Source: Antedon mediterranea
Taxonomy: Eukaryota > Animalia > Echinodermata
Reading direction: 5' to 3'
Assembly: GCF_964355755.1 (NCBI RefSeq)
Contig: NC_092677.1
Location: forward strand, 27,515,175 to 27,579,174
Length of the DNA: 64,000 bases
In this document: positions 1 through 35,087 of the stretch, one piece after another
Numbering within the stretch: position 1 is the first letter of the stretch
Layout of the letters: every line of letters begins with the position of its first letter
Made by a program: the position numbers and the translations under genes
Notes under the pieces: model-generated
The model's database searches: none
What the model was told of the DNA's origin: nothing
Seen by the model: only the letters and a program-made list of their open reading frames with translations

Positions 1-2495
1 CTAAGTTGTTGTCTTAAGAAGTAGAAAGTTTAATTTCTGTTCATTGTTCATCATAATGTGTGAAAGCGCATTAAATAGGTGTTCCTCAAAAAAGGTAACT
101 TACACAAAAATTCTCTGTATATTAATAACATTATGCCGGTTGAGAGAGGCAAGAATTTGACTTCAATTTTTTACTCAAACTGTTTTCTTCTGGTATTTAA
201 ATGCTCTTATTTTCTATTTGTTTATATTTTTAGTTTTTGTCTCAAACTAAATATTCATGTGGATTTAATTGCTATTCATAAACATGGTACCTGTTGTTAC
301 CAAAATAAATCCTTCATTAAACTAGATTCCATAATTAGTATTTTTTGGACATGTAAATCTTATATAATAATTTCAATGGACTTATTTTTAATTACGATAG
401 ACATACTTTTAATCACAAATATGATGACATTTATTTTATGCAATTATGTTCTTGCTTTATAAAGGATCTATGTACAATTGTAAAGTTGCTTAATAAATTT
501 CTTAGGAATTTTACCAGAAGGGTAGAACACCATCAGGTGCTATCCAAAAATTGAATAAAAATAGAATAAATATTTTTAGTAATATCATATTCTCATTGTG
601 AGTTAAACACTAGTGTTCCAGACCACAGTTATACTGTACCGTAGCATGAAAAACTGTATTCTCAACTATGTTTTCTTTTGGAAACGCATGGTGTACTACA
701 AACTTATTTAATTTACCCTTTAGTCATCGTAGCTACTTTCGATAACAGTATCATGTTCCTGGTGACAAGTTTTGAACACACAACCTTTGTGTATTTCAAC
801 ATTTTAAAATGTTGCAATTTTATATCCAGAGTTCCATCCCATTCTGATTGCTTTTCATCAAAGCCTTCGTATCACATTTCACTTTTCACTAACAACATGT
901 GGAGCGTTCCCCAATTAGTTACAGAAACTGTCAGAACCACTTAGGCGGACACATTGTTAAACTTTTTGATTGGTTGATGGATAATATACAAGAAATAAGC
1001 CAAATCATTGCTTTATGGTGCTTGCTAGTAATTTGAGTTTGATCTTAAGTCTGCTCCTGTTGGGTTATAGTCCCAAGGGGCTTGTTATTTGAGCAGAATC
1101 TATAGCAATTAGCCAACCTTGTAAACTTAAAACTTGATGAAAGGAGTGCTTATTGTTGAAATGTACCAGCCATCTTGTAGCAATTAGTTATTAATGGTGT
1201 TTTAGGGTTATAAGATCACAAGTTAGCACATGCTCAGACACCATTAAGATCTTACAATCATTTATTGTTCCTGTAATTCCATGGTCATTAACAAAAAGCA
1301 ATGTACCCATGTCAATAGAGAAATCAAAATGTCATCACCAACTAACAAACTGCTGTTAATAAAACTGATTTACTGCAAGTTCACCTTTAAGTATGTGCTT
1401 GAATTGACTGGCTGATGATTGGTAAAATTCAACAAGCGAAGGTTTTGTTTTTGTTCTTGTTCGTATACCGTTTGAGAGTGATGTAACACTTTGTAATTTC
1501 ATTTATCTGTTTTTGTATATCTCAGAGCAAGTAATTTCTATGTATGTAATGTAAAGTAATTTCTATGTATGTAATGTAAAGTAATTTTCCACTGATGAAT
1601 GAGTGAATAAAGTATTGCTATAAATATTCTTTAAAAAATCATTACAAAGTAACAAAAAAGGTAGGGATACAGCATAATAAACCAGGTTGTTAATTAACAC
1701 ATGGTATTACTACCTGTACAGTACGTTAAAATACAACTAAACTTAATCCTATGCTTTGGAGTAATAAGGAAACCATCAAGTACGTACTTGCGTTCTTGAG
1801 CTTCCATTTCATACAACGCATTAGAATCAAACATAACACCTGTAAGTAATGCTGGCAATGAGAATACTCAAGAGGACGATGTTGAAATCAGATACTAGAA
1901 CTTGTCTACTTTATTCAGGTTGTTCACCTTTCATTCTTTTTTTACCACTGCCCTTAGCGTTTAAATAAAAAGGTTTAATGCGAAAACGAAACTATTAGGT
2001 TAACATGATTCCTCCAGTGACAATGTGAAAGAAAACATAATGGATACAACCAATGTTGAAAGTTGAATTTATGAGTTATCTAATGACACTGTTATGTTGG
2101 ATTACTATGTACTACAACATGAAAAACATTTGAAAGTTAACATCATTTTTCAATAGATACAGTAACATTAATGTTTTTACCCACCATAATCTTATTTATA
2201 TTGTTAAACAAAATGGTTGATGAAACATCGAAGAAAGAACAATAATTAAAACTGTTACATCAAAAAGTTGATCGACGACGTTTTTTCTAAGATTGTTTAT
2301 TTTACTTTTGCTGTCTTTAATAAACTTGTTTAATTCATGCAAGAAAGTAATTTGTAAAAGTAAGTAATTTGTAAGTACAATAGCAATCAATTAACAGTTG
2401 TTTATATGTTGTTGGATGACACATAGTGAACTTGTTGCATTTATCACTAATAACAAGCCCACACACAGATCAATGAAAAGCATAATTAATGTTAA

Positions 2496-3121
2496 AGCCC
2501 CATTCCCTACGTTTTTTAGATCTAATTTAAGATCACAAACTATATTTAATGTAAAAATAATACTATAAGGTCCTATTGCGATAACTTTTTTCGTCTTTAA
2601 ACGGTTAAAAATGTGAAAAATAAGTCGATTTTAATAATTATAGCGGCCCGCTATAAATCCCAAAATGCATTGCGCGCGGATTGATATTGTTGTTTTTCAC
2701 CTGTAATTCGCCCACTTTTCGATCGATCGTGAGGCCAAAACAAATGGAAGACTCCCAACTTTTCAGCGAAAATATCGGGTTTTCCCCAATTTGTATCAAC
2801 GGAGTCTGGCAAAAATAGAAAGACAATTAATGCAGCAACTATACAACGTCAGGCTAGGTATATAGCTAGCGTACGATGTTCGTACGTTACCGATGTTTAC
2901 CAGCTAGGCCTAAAAAACTAAGCTTAGCCAGGCTAGGCCTAAGACCGTCCACGAGAGGTCGATCGCCGCGAGCTACTTAGGTAGTGCATTGTTTCTCACT
3001 TTTTATCATAATTTACCATAAAACGTACATTTAAGACAAGGAATGACATGGTTTAATGTTTTTAAAGTGATATATATGTATTATTTTCCAAAAAACGTCC
3101 AAAATTGCAGGGAAGGGGTCT
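2496..3121. mobile_element. Non-autonomous Kolobok-like DNA transposon (626 bp)
   Basis: TTAA at 2492-2495 and 3122-3125 flank imperfect TIRs (agccccattcccta versus rev-comp agaccccttccctg). RR..YY termini with a TTAA TSD are the Kolobok signature. Interior is more CpG-rich than the flanks, with no transposase ORF. Confidence 0.7.
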
Positions 3122-6100
3122 TTAAACAATAGGCAAAGATAAAGTCAAACCAAACCAACATGGCCCATGTTGATAAGGCTGTTTTTGTACTTTCAAACAC
3201 AGGTGCAAACAATTATATGAAATGTCCAAATATGGCAGGTCACTAAAAATCGGTCACTTTCAAAGCATGACCTGAGTCCCACGAGCTACAAAAACCAAAG
3301 GGTGGTCAAGAAGCGGGTGTCTGACCAAATTAAAATGTTTCCTTAAATTATCTATTCAAACTCGTTTATATTTAACAGAAAAACCACTTCAAAGAGCATG
3401 TGTTCTGGTGCACTTTTGTTTCAGGTTAATATTTGGTTTTTGTCAATCTATTCAAGTACTGTAAACATGGGACTATTTCATGTTCAACTTCTACAGTATA
3501 AAAGAAATTCAAAATTACATTTATTTTCTTCAAAAAAATTCATAACATTACACATCATATTCATATAACTTTTCACATTGTCAAAAAAAGTAAATTAAAT
3601 AAATCATAGGTGAATCTAAGAAGAGGCTAACTTCCCCTCCTCCCCACACTATGTTTTGAACGCTGCAATGCATAAGGTCAGCACTTCATTTTACAATTGT
3701 TAGGCCCTCTAACCCTTCCCCTATTTCAAAATCCTCTGGTAATACATTAATAATAACAGATAAGCCTGCCTTTGTGAAATCATCACATTAAACAATCTTA
3801 CATCTGTTTCCGATAAAAAGGCCCAAGGTTCTGTTGCTTCAACTGGGAATATTATCAACCAACATGTTAACTGAAGCCACGAGGTTTGAAAGTTTTATGC
3901 TATTACGTCACACAATTCTATTGGTTTCTCCTGATTTAATCTGTTCATTGATTTCACACATGGGTCTCGTGGGAGCAGACTAGGAGGTATATCCTGAATT
4001 ATTCAATTCATTTTTCCTGCAGATCAAAACATGATCATAGGCAAATCATAATGTGTTCAACATTGCCTTATTGACCTCGTTTAGTTTGTTTTTATGATTT
4101 AATTTTAGGACCATGTTACAATTTATCTGAATTTATATATGGTACGTTTTTTTCTTGTAGACTTTTTCCTTTTTTTTTAACCGGATGATTTAAAGAAAGA
4201 ATAAACAGTTAAACTTAATCAATCATCCAGAGGATCTTGATCACCATAATTAAATTGCAAGTAAATAAAATTGTGTATAAAAAATATAAAAACAAAGATT
4301 TAATATTGCGGGAGGGGTTAGGTGGAGGGGTAAAAATAGGTTTATAAAACAAGAAATACCACTTTCAACAATGAAAATGTTGAAAATAGGTGCTATACTA
4401 TCAGAAACTTAAAATACCTGAAATAGGCTGATTCCCTACAATAATAGTTCCTGTATTATTTTATTTTAATATTTATCAAATCAAATATCCAACAGTAACA
4501 ATTTAATTAAATTAAAAAAAATATTCCAAAACAATAACATGAGCAACACATGTTTACAATCACATTATCAATGTTTTTACAGTATACATATATGTCATAT
4601 TAAAACTGTTAAAACATACTTACGATCAAGATACTATATTCCAAGAGAGTTGTCAAATATTTTTTTTTTAATGTATAATAATCCAATTTATAAAAATCCC
4701 AACAGAAGAAGCGATAGAAATCAGTGGTCAAGTGTTTCAGGTACTTTTCATTGTGATGATATCATCACTAAGTTTTTTGGCTTACTAACAACGAAAGTGA
4801 AATGACACTGTCTTACCTCAACTAGACTCTTCCATTAGTTATGTAGGGGAGTTAAAATATTGTACACTACAATACCAAGTCATTCAGACTCTTGCATTAG
4901 TTAATATTAAATTATATTAATTAGAACTTTTTTATTAGTTGTTAGATTGATTTAATAGCAAAAAAGCACTTGATTAGGAACTGAATTTATCTCAAGCTAT
5001 TCAGACTATTCCATTAGTTGTTCAGGGGGAGTTTCTATAGAAGCAGTAACGTAGTAATAAGAGATCGGTAACAGCCACAGGATCAATCCAAAATAATTAA
5101 ATTAGTAAAGTGTGAATTATACGTTATTCACTTCATCCTATTTCTCAACATTCTGATTACAACCTTTGACAAGACCTTTACAATTGAAATTAATTGCTGT
5201 AGAAATTAATCTATATAACAACTCCTTTTGCTGAACCCATTAATGACGCTTTTTGTGGTTAAAAACTGATTCTCAAGGGGAAATAGTTTTAAAAGGAACT
5301 TTATAATTAATAGAAATAAAAGTTATTGTTAATATTTGACCTTACTCAATAATATTTTCAAGATTGATGTATTTTTAACACACTTCAAAAATGTCAATCG
5401 CAGGAAACTGATTTGTTTATCTTTCTATTTTAGCAATTTAAAGAGCAATTTGCAATATCATCAGAGTAATGAAATAATAAACACAATACAAACAAGCAAA
5501 CATAATAGATTGTAATACATGAATTAGCAAATGTAGAGTGACATTTCATGATTATATACATGAATAATCTAAATGTCCATAAGTAAATACATTTTGTGTA
5601 GTTAGCAATAATACTTTATTATTTATTCAAAGATTCAGTGAAATTATGATAGTGACGGCACTTTAGCGGTGAGTTGTGGTGAACACTACTGTAGGATTGC
5701 GCTCTCTCACTTTGAAGCTAAATGAACTACATTTTGAATATTGTTAACAGACTATATTGTTATCAATCTACGTGACTTCAAATGTCAACTGGTATGTTGT
5801 ATACAATCAAGTCTTGTCTAGTAAATTAAGGCATCGAGCCCGGCATCGAGACTTGTAGTATTATTAGATTTCCAAACATAGCTATAGCAGCTGGTTACCA
5901 ATGCAGCTGGTTTGAGAACAGATAATCTACTGATTGTTTGTATTTACCATAATGCTACAAAAATGTGTTTTAATAGATTACACATGTTATTAAAGTGTCT
6001 ACTAATTAGAAATGAGCCCACCTCCATTGAGTTGGTCAAGAGGGCAAAAAAACATAAACATTATTCAAAATAGGTAGGCAAGAGTATGTAATTTTATCCA

Positions 6101-7830
6101 ACTTTGTCAATCCTAAATTGGTCAATGCCAATGAATTATGATATAAGAAAACTAAAACATTTTATAAAGCAAGTTTTGATGTACTGTACATAGTAACGAG
6201 TTGCATTAAATGTATTGGATACATAGGTCTCCAATATTCTTATGCAGTATAGTTGAAATATGTCTGGACATTCAGAAAAAGTATATACATAAAGCATGTA
6301 ATCAATGACATACAGACAACATGATGGAAGCTTTCAAGTAAATTAATCCTGTCAGCTACTTTCATCACAACAACATTAATATGTTTATCTTTTAATAAAT
6401 AAGCTTGAAATGAAAACTAAACACATCACTTAAATAAGTTGATATATTTTAAAATATCTGTACTTTTTAAAAATTAAATCATTACATAATGGTAGTAATC
6501 TTTCTATTTTAATATTTTTCAATAGACCAACCTTTTTTTTAATGATTATACAGTAATGGTAGTAATCTTTCTACTTTATATTTTGCAATTGTTTACTTTA
6601 GTCTCAAAACATCCCACACAGTGGTACAAAAAAGACTCTTAAATTAAATAATACCTAACAAACATATAAGGATCTGTCATTAACACATAATGTTTCAGAC
6701 AACATTCACAGTTCTATGGTGTAGGCAGCATTACAGCAACTTCTTATGGTGTAGGCTGCAATTTCAACCTAATTGTAGTGTATGATATAAGCAACATAAA
6801 ATCAAACGTTTATAACCTTTGAATCAAATCCAAGATTTTATGGTCTTATGGCGCCTCAACATGTAAATTGATATTATGTTGACAGCCTCTGAGTACATAC
6901 TGTTCTACTTCATACGCTGATGCTATGTTTAGTAATGTTCCCCTAAGGATATCATACAACATGATGTCGGTTAGGACACATGCCAACATTAATGTTACTG
7001 TCTTTCTAGGATGTTATAGGTACAGATCATAAGTGATTGTATTTCCTATAGGCTCCTGGTGTTCATTACAGCAGCATTTTATCGGTTGTCTTTGTTTGAG
7101 AATGTTTTAAAATGATGTCTTAAACATGTTATTAATCCTGTTAGTCATGAGCTATCCTAGGTATTTCATACTTCTGTTATAATACAATATAAGTGATTAC
7201 CCTATATAGATTACAATCATATTAAGAGCATTAATGTTCTGTATAAAAAGATATACTGATAGTTTGTGCATGGAGGTTTAATAAGTATACCTCCATGGTT
7301 TGTGTGTTGAGGATCCTGCATTTAATGGCAAACCCATTCATTTAGACAAAAATACAATGTCGAGGCTTAAATGCAACAAAACATATCTGAAATAATGCCA
7401 GAATAATATATAAGGATAAGATGAAGCTTGGAAAAGATAAATTTACTTACTTATGGTATTATTCCAAATGTAATATTCTGTATATGAAATATACTTGAAA
7501 TACAGTTATATGTTCAATGTAGCCCTTGTTGATTTCATTCACAACATATAATGTCCTACTGTAGGCCCACTGTACTGTCTATAGAGAATATCCTTGAAAG
7601 AAGTAATTGTCAAGTTTCAACCAATCACAGGCTTCAAAACAGACAGTTTAAGTGCTGGGTGGGTAATCCCTTTGAAAAGGATATTCACACTTTATTGATA
7701 AAGCTTCTTTTCTAATAAGGGAATGACAATGGCAGGTGTAGATGGGAGGAGGGTTGTAAAAGGAGTGAGAGTCATCTGAAATTCAAGGGTGTATCTATGA
7801 AATGAGTAGGAAATGTGTGGGTGACTGTCT

Positions 7831-7864
7831 GGGGTGGGGGGGGGGGGGGGGGGGGGGTGGGGGG
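7831..7864 (+). repeat. Poly-G tract (G-quadruplex-capable)
   Basis: About 34 nt of almost pure G with two T interruptions. Confidence 0.85.
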
Positions 7865-9136
7865 AGGGCGTTTAACACATTTATGATGATGTTGTAACTT
7901 TAAAAGAATGTACCATTTGTAAAAAGTGTATGTAATATTTATTATGCAAAACACAAACAATTGACAAAATGAAATATTAGTAGTATAAGATAAAGATATT
8001 ATTTGTGAAAGTTATGCTATAATATACAGATAAAACATTTATAATTCATTTTGAATTTATTACTACTTGTTTGTAACAAAAATTGTTGTAAAATTAAAAC
8101 TAATTCAAACTTCTTATTTTAAAATCTGAAAAGGCAAATACATTTTCAACAGATTTCCGATTATTTAAGTTGTTGAAAGACAGTTTTAAGTAGGCGACTG
8201 TATTATCCACAAGCCTCACCTTTGCTAAAATACAACATGTAGAATAATCTATTTGTCCATATCCAAGACTGACTTGGAGGTTTTGTCTGTGCTTAACTAT
8301 CATACTCATATGACTGAGTATTTAAGTTTCTGACTCATTTTAAGAAAGTTATTATAAACTTAAACTTTCTGTCATAAATAAATCATCATATGTTTGTACA
8401 TCTTTTAACACTAATATTTATGACAGAACCTTGTTGAGTTTTAGCAATATAAATATAAAGAGTTGATTGATTATTTTATGATTTATTAATAATGATTGAT
8501 AGAGGAGTGATTGATTGATTGACAGCTGCAATTGAATGACATTGTATTCCAGTGTGTTTGTATATTGAAAACATAAAGCGAGAAATATTTGCAATTATTA
8601 CTTTCAACGAACTCTACTTTCCATGCTGTTGAATCGAGCAGGGGTCATGAAACACACGGCCAGTCTGTGGTTCTTTTTTGGCCAGCCTGTGGTCCTAATT
8701 TTATAGGATAAATTTAAACACAAGATTTATGGTATTGCTAACGCAATCCAAGTATCCTACCCCTACAGTAATTTTCCCTAACTTTCCTAGTACCTAATCC
8801 CAATGTAACATACTCTGTCATTATTCACTAATGTTTGATAATGTTTGATATCAATACTTTAAACCTTTTAAGGAAATTTCCTAGTACCCAATCCCTGTGG
8901 AACGTACTCTGTCATTACAGTAATGTTTGATAATGTTTGATATTGATACTTTAAAACTTTTAGGAAATTGGTTATAAGTGTGTTAAACTGCTGTCACTTA
9001 AAATGCATCACTCATTCATCAAATTTGAAATAATGATGGAAAAGTTTCACTTTCTGATTTTCAACGAAACCATTTTAAATCCCTCGTTTCCCAAATAATA
9101 ACTTGTATACTTACTTTTTCTCTTGGTGCAAGTTAT

Positions 9137-9367
9137 TCCCTTGACTACGACGACGGAATAGCACCTCACTCCCTTGACTACGACGACGGAATAGCACCTC
9201 ACTCCCTTGACTACGACGACGGAATAGCACCTCACTCCCTTGACTACGACGACGGAATAGCACCTCACTCCCTTGACTACGACGACGGAATAGCACCTCA
9301 CTCCCTTGACTACGACGACGGAATAGCACCTCACTCCCTTGACTACGACGACGGAATAGCACCTCAC
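9137..9367. repeat. Minisatellite, 7 perfect copies of a 33-bp unit
   Basis: Unit tcccttgactacgacgacggaatagcacctcac; 231 bp = 7 x 33, no spacers. Confidence 0.97.
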
Positions 9368-9836
9368 GTCCAGCTGTGTAAATCAATCTTATATATTGTC
9401 AAATTTAATGTGAACATTTGTTGATGTCTTAAAAGAATTGGCCCAGTTAGTTTGAAGTTCAGCTGGAGTCGATATGGTTACATTCTAGATGTACTATAAG
9501 TAAGTTGTCAACTCCAATGTAGTATCGCAGTTTAAAATGTGATTATGGAAAGGATTCATTACACAATATTTAACTTAAATCATGTCTGGTTGAATTAGAT
9601 TTCAGTATATTGTTTGGCTCATTGAGTAAAACAGATTAAATAGTAGAAAGATGTTGGACTGTATTTTATTTTTCACATCAAAAGGTGAAGGTGATCAGAG
9701 TTCTCATTTTTGTTTTGTTTGTTGGACATCTGGTTTAAGAAAATCATCACAATTTTTATTTCAACACCAACTCCTTTTTCTTTCGCTATAATCTTCTCTT
9801 TCTGATGAAATCTCCACTTGCTTCCGCTTCCGGACT

Positions 9837-10850
9837 TTATTTTCTGTTCATATCTACTTGTGCTATCTTTTGCCAGGAGTAGTCATTTGGGACGAACACG
9901 CTAACTTGACCAAATGTGACCTGGCCTGGAAAATATTGGCAATAACACAAGCAGCTTTGCTACACACACATTTTATGTATTCATTCAAAAAATGTAATAA
10001 CTACGTATAAAGTGGAACCCTTTTTAGAGTACATCTTCGAGACTCAACAAGTTTCCCTTTAATAGGGTGTCCACTGAATTGACCATAGTTTTGTCCTCCA
10101 TTAGTTTCAAGTGTTTTATTAATAGGGTTGTCCCCTGAACTGGCCATAGTATTAAAACATATTGCCCTCCATTCATTTCACAGGAAAGTGTCCCATAAAT
10201 AGTGGTGTCCTCTGAATAGGGGTGTCCCAAAGGCATGATTCTACTGGATTTTACGATACCTTGACATTTGGATGCTTATACTGGACGATCAGGCCCTCAT
10301 GACAAGCAGAGTTGTTTGTGTGCACGAGGCTAAGCACATGAACATAATTGGCAGGTATTGGGCTTAGGCCATCTCACACACTTATGAAAGAAAACCACGA
10401 AGTGATCGGAAAGTACTGTCACAGAATAGTCATACGTGAGCTATAAAATAATATAACGTTAGAAAAAAACCCAAATGTCTAAATTGTGCAGTTGTTGATT
10501 TATCAGAATTAGTCAGCGATAAGGAAGTAGGTAGGAAATGATAGTTGGCAGTGAATGAGGCTCTAGTCATCTGTTCCTTACTCGCTCTGTTCTACAAATT
10601 TTTCAACGGTTTTGGATCATAATCAAGAATTCTTTTGACAAGTACCGGCACATTGCTGTTTCTTTATTGCTCCAAATCATTATCTTTCAACAACTACCGG
10701 TGTTCTGTTGTTTATGACTCGTACACCGGTTCATTCAGAGAGACAGACCTGTGAACAGCATATACTCTGTAGTATCTCTCTATAGTTTTTTTTTGTATCT
10801 GTCGTCACTGTGGCAGGTAACAACAGATAAGAATTTTCTTCTCTTTTTAT
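9837..10850 (-). pseudogene. Possible degenerate spliced gene remnant (three exon-like blocks: 10582-10850, 10260-10440, 9837-9925), product unknown
   Basis: Blocks of higher GC bounded by polypyrimidine-AG acceptors and GT donors. They give protein-like stretches (GQVTFGQVSVFVPNDYSWQKI; GLSPIPANYVHVLSLV) but are interrupted by stops and frameshifts. No family recognised. Confidence 0.3.
10011..10247. mobile_element. Degenerate Tc1/mariner (pogo-like) MITE
   Basis: Decayed agtggaacc...ttctactg termini with internal repeats of gtgtccc(c)tgaatag. A related fragment lies near 29984-30060. Confidence 0.45.
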
Positions 10851-12408
10851 CTAAAAAATGATAATGACAAGAACCAAAGCTGTTTTTACTAAAAGTTTTA
10901 AAGTGTTTTAATAAAATATTATACAAATTGTTAGTTAGGGGTTAAGGCAGGGTGGTGCCAACCCTACCCGTAATATCCACACAGGTTCAAGTTTCTTCTC
11001 AGTCTAACTGAAGTTCTGGTGGTAGAATAAAGTTTTCTAGGATAAGAAAAAACTTTAAACTGTACACATTAATTATAAGAATAATAAACACATTTCACTA
11101 AGTAGTAAAAAAAAAGAAATTGGTACTGATACAAGTAACCATCTTCATAGATACATCTGGTAGCCATTGACATAAACTCGGCATTTGGATTAATGCTACA
11201 TTTAAGTGTACACAATATTTTCTTTCAAATGATTTTTTAGCATTTTCAAAATGTTTAAAAATCAAGCTTGATTTAAACCTGTTCGGAAATTCTAATCTAA
11301 GCTTCAGGGGAACTTTATAATACCTCTAACGGGGAAATATGAACTAGCACAACGTTCTGTTAGGGTAACGTACTTTGGTATAGTTCACCAAGTATCAACA
11401 TGAAATCTTTGTTTCCGTTTTAAACATATTAATAAAATCTGAATCAAGGTTCTTTGATGACATTTAGTACAAGGTTAAATTTAATAAATGTTTGACAATA
11501 CATCTGCTTCTACTGCTCCGAATATGATTTTCACCTAATCCTCCCTCGTTACATAAAAACAACAAATAAATCACGTTATGGTTCGGTTTATTTTAAATTG
11601 AAAATGTGCTTCACATCACATCATTACATTCAGTAAACAGCAGATTATTTGATTCGATTTGTTTGCTTTGAACTTGTTTAATTTAATCCAAATCTGTTGA
11701 GGTTATTCTGTCAAATTTAATTTCTCATTGTGTTCTTGTTCTAGAAATGTTCCTTTTTGCACGTTTTTAAACCATCATTTTATATCAAAAGTGTAAGCTG
11801 TTGTTTTGTCAAATTCAATTTTCCACTGACTTGTAAAATCACTTCAAATTTGTTTGATGTTCAGCTCTCTTGCATTTGCACTATTTTATGGCTTCCACAC
11901 TTATTATGTTACAGTTAATATTTTATTGACCTATTAAAACTATTTTATGTTACTGTACTTTTTATTGCAACATTGTTGACTGGAATATTTTTACAAGCTT
12001 TTGTAGAATAACTAATGTTCTGTTTACACTATCAACCTAAAAAAAAAAGGTGTGATGTGTCCAAATATTGTAGTGATATAACGTCATCTCACAGTAGTAG
12101 TAGTGTAGACAGTGCTTAAGAGCATTTGTGTATGTAGGAGTTAAAATCATGCTTCTTTTTCACACCAAACTCCAAATATCACTATTGTATGTCCTCCTTC
12201 CCTCTCCCCTAAATGTTAGCAGTTACAATGTAATTAGTAACACAGCACTTATTTTCAAAATATTTTGGCCAACCCCCATTTCAAAATCCTTGATCTTCAA
12301 CTGGCTTTTAAGTGATTATGTAGATGTACTGAATAATTTAATTGCCTTTCTGAGGTTAGTGTCTTTTTTTTCTCCACATATTTTTACAAAATAGAAAGTC
12401 ATTTTTAT

Positions 12409-34220
<21,812 letters not shown>

Positions 34221-34712
34221 TATGTCAACCACAACCACACTTTTATATTAATAAACACATCGTCTTAACTTGATTAAATTAGTAAAATTAGCAGCGAAAG
34301 TAAAAATCATAATAACATTTCCATGTAAGCTGCCATGTTGAATTTTGCATTTTGGGATTCCTATCTGATTTAATATCGCCGGTGTTGTATCGGAAATATA
34401 AAATACCTTAATTCCTTTATTATCGAAATAAAATTAGTATTAGATAGATAATATTTTACAATATTTGTATTGTGTATTATACAATTTAATTTTGAAATTT
34501 AAAAGTATATTTCTCTGCTGCGTTGGTAACCAACCAATAGGATTATCAGTTTTAAAACAATTTGGGATTAAGGTCAATACGTTTGTAACCAACCAATAGA
34601 ATTCTATGTTCTTTTTCTGACGACTGGGGCGCCATGTCCAATCTAAATTGATTGGTATGTTTTTATTTCGAGGCTACATACTAGGCCTAGGTTATGCTTT
34701 CTTTCTTTCATG
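34221..34712. promoter_or_regulatory. Putative bidirectional promoter between SPG7 (-) and the ANKRD11-like gene (+)
   Basis: Duplicated 15-mer gtaaccaaccaatag (CCAAT box) at 34526-34540 and 34585-34599, an opposed CCAAT/ATTGG pair at about 34638-34655, a YY1-like gccatgtt at 34332-34339, and a consensus donor atg|gtaagt at 34712/34713. Confidence 0.6.
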
Positions 34713-35087
34713 GTAAGTAATGATTTTCAACTATTTATGAATGTTCTTTTATCTTTGAATAAACTAGGCCAAATATAGTAATAATTTGTATTTGTTTAAA
34801 CAGTTATCGCGATGTTTTCTGACGACACAGCCAGCTGTGTGTTGTGACTTTGATTTGACTTGAGTGTTGTTGTTGGCAGCCAGCAAAAGTGTGGTGTGAC
34901 TGGGTTGCGTTTGTGACTGTCGCCTGCTAGGTATCCCCTGTCACTGTCAGTCGGTTTAAAAAAAACCCATCATTTCATCTACGCGAATTAGAAGGCCAAA
35001 ACAATTAAATGTTTTCCACTAACTAAGATAAGTGTTGGAAATTCCCAAAATGTTTCGTGTTCATTTCGACATGAAATGCTAACATTA

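Noticed and set aside
7268-7296. Hairpin catggaggt...acctccatg as an RNA gene or terminator
   Set aside because: A short isolated palindrome, most likely a transposon-end relic, with no other support.
7772-7960. Polyproline ORF
   Set aside because: Reverse translation of a poly-G run, with no other coding signal. The run length may also be a sequencing artefact.
1-9000. RPL13/SNORD68 (the human downstream neighbour of SPG7) or any other coding gene
   Set aside because: No recognisable exons. The region is AT-rich and looks like UTR or intergenic DNA, and the listed ORFs have non-ATG starts or low-complexity composition.
9137-9367. 33-bp repeats as a CRISPR array (also 17462-17761 and 62676-62996)
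   Set aside because: The units are head-to-tail with no unique spacers, there are no cas genes, and the context is eukaryotic.
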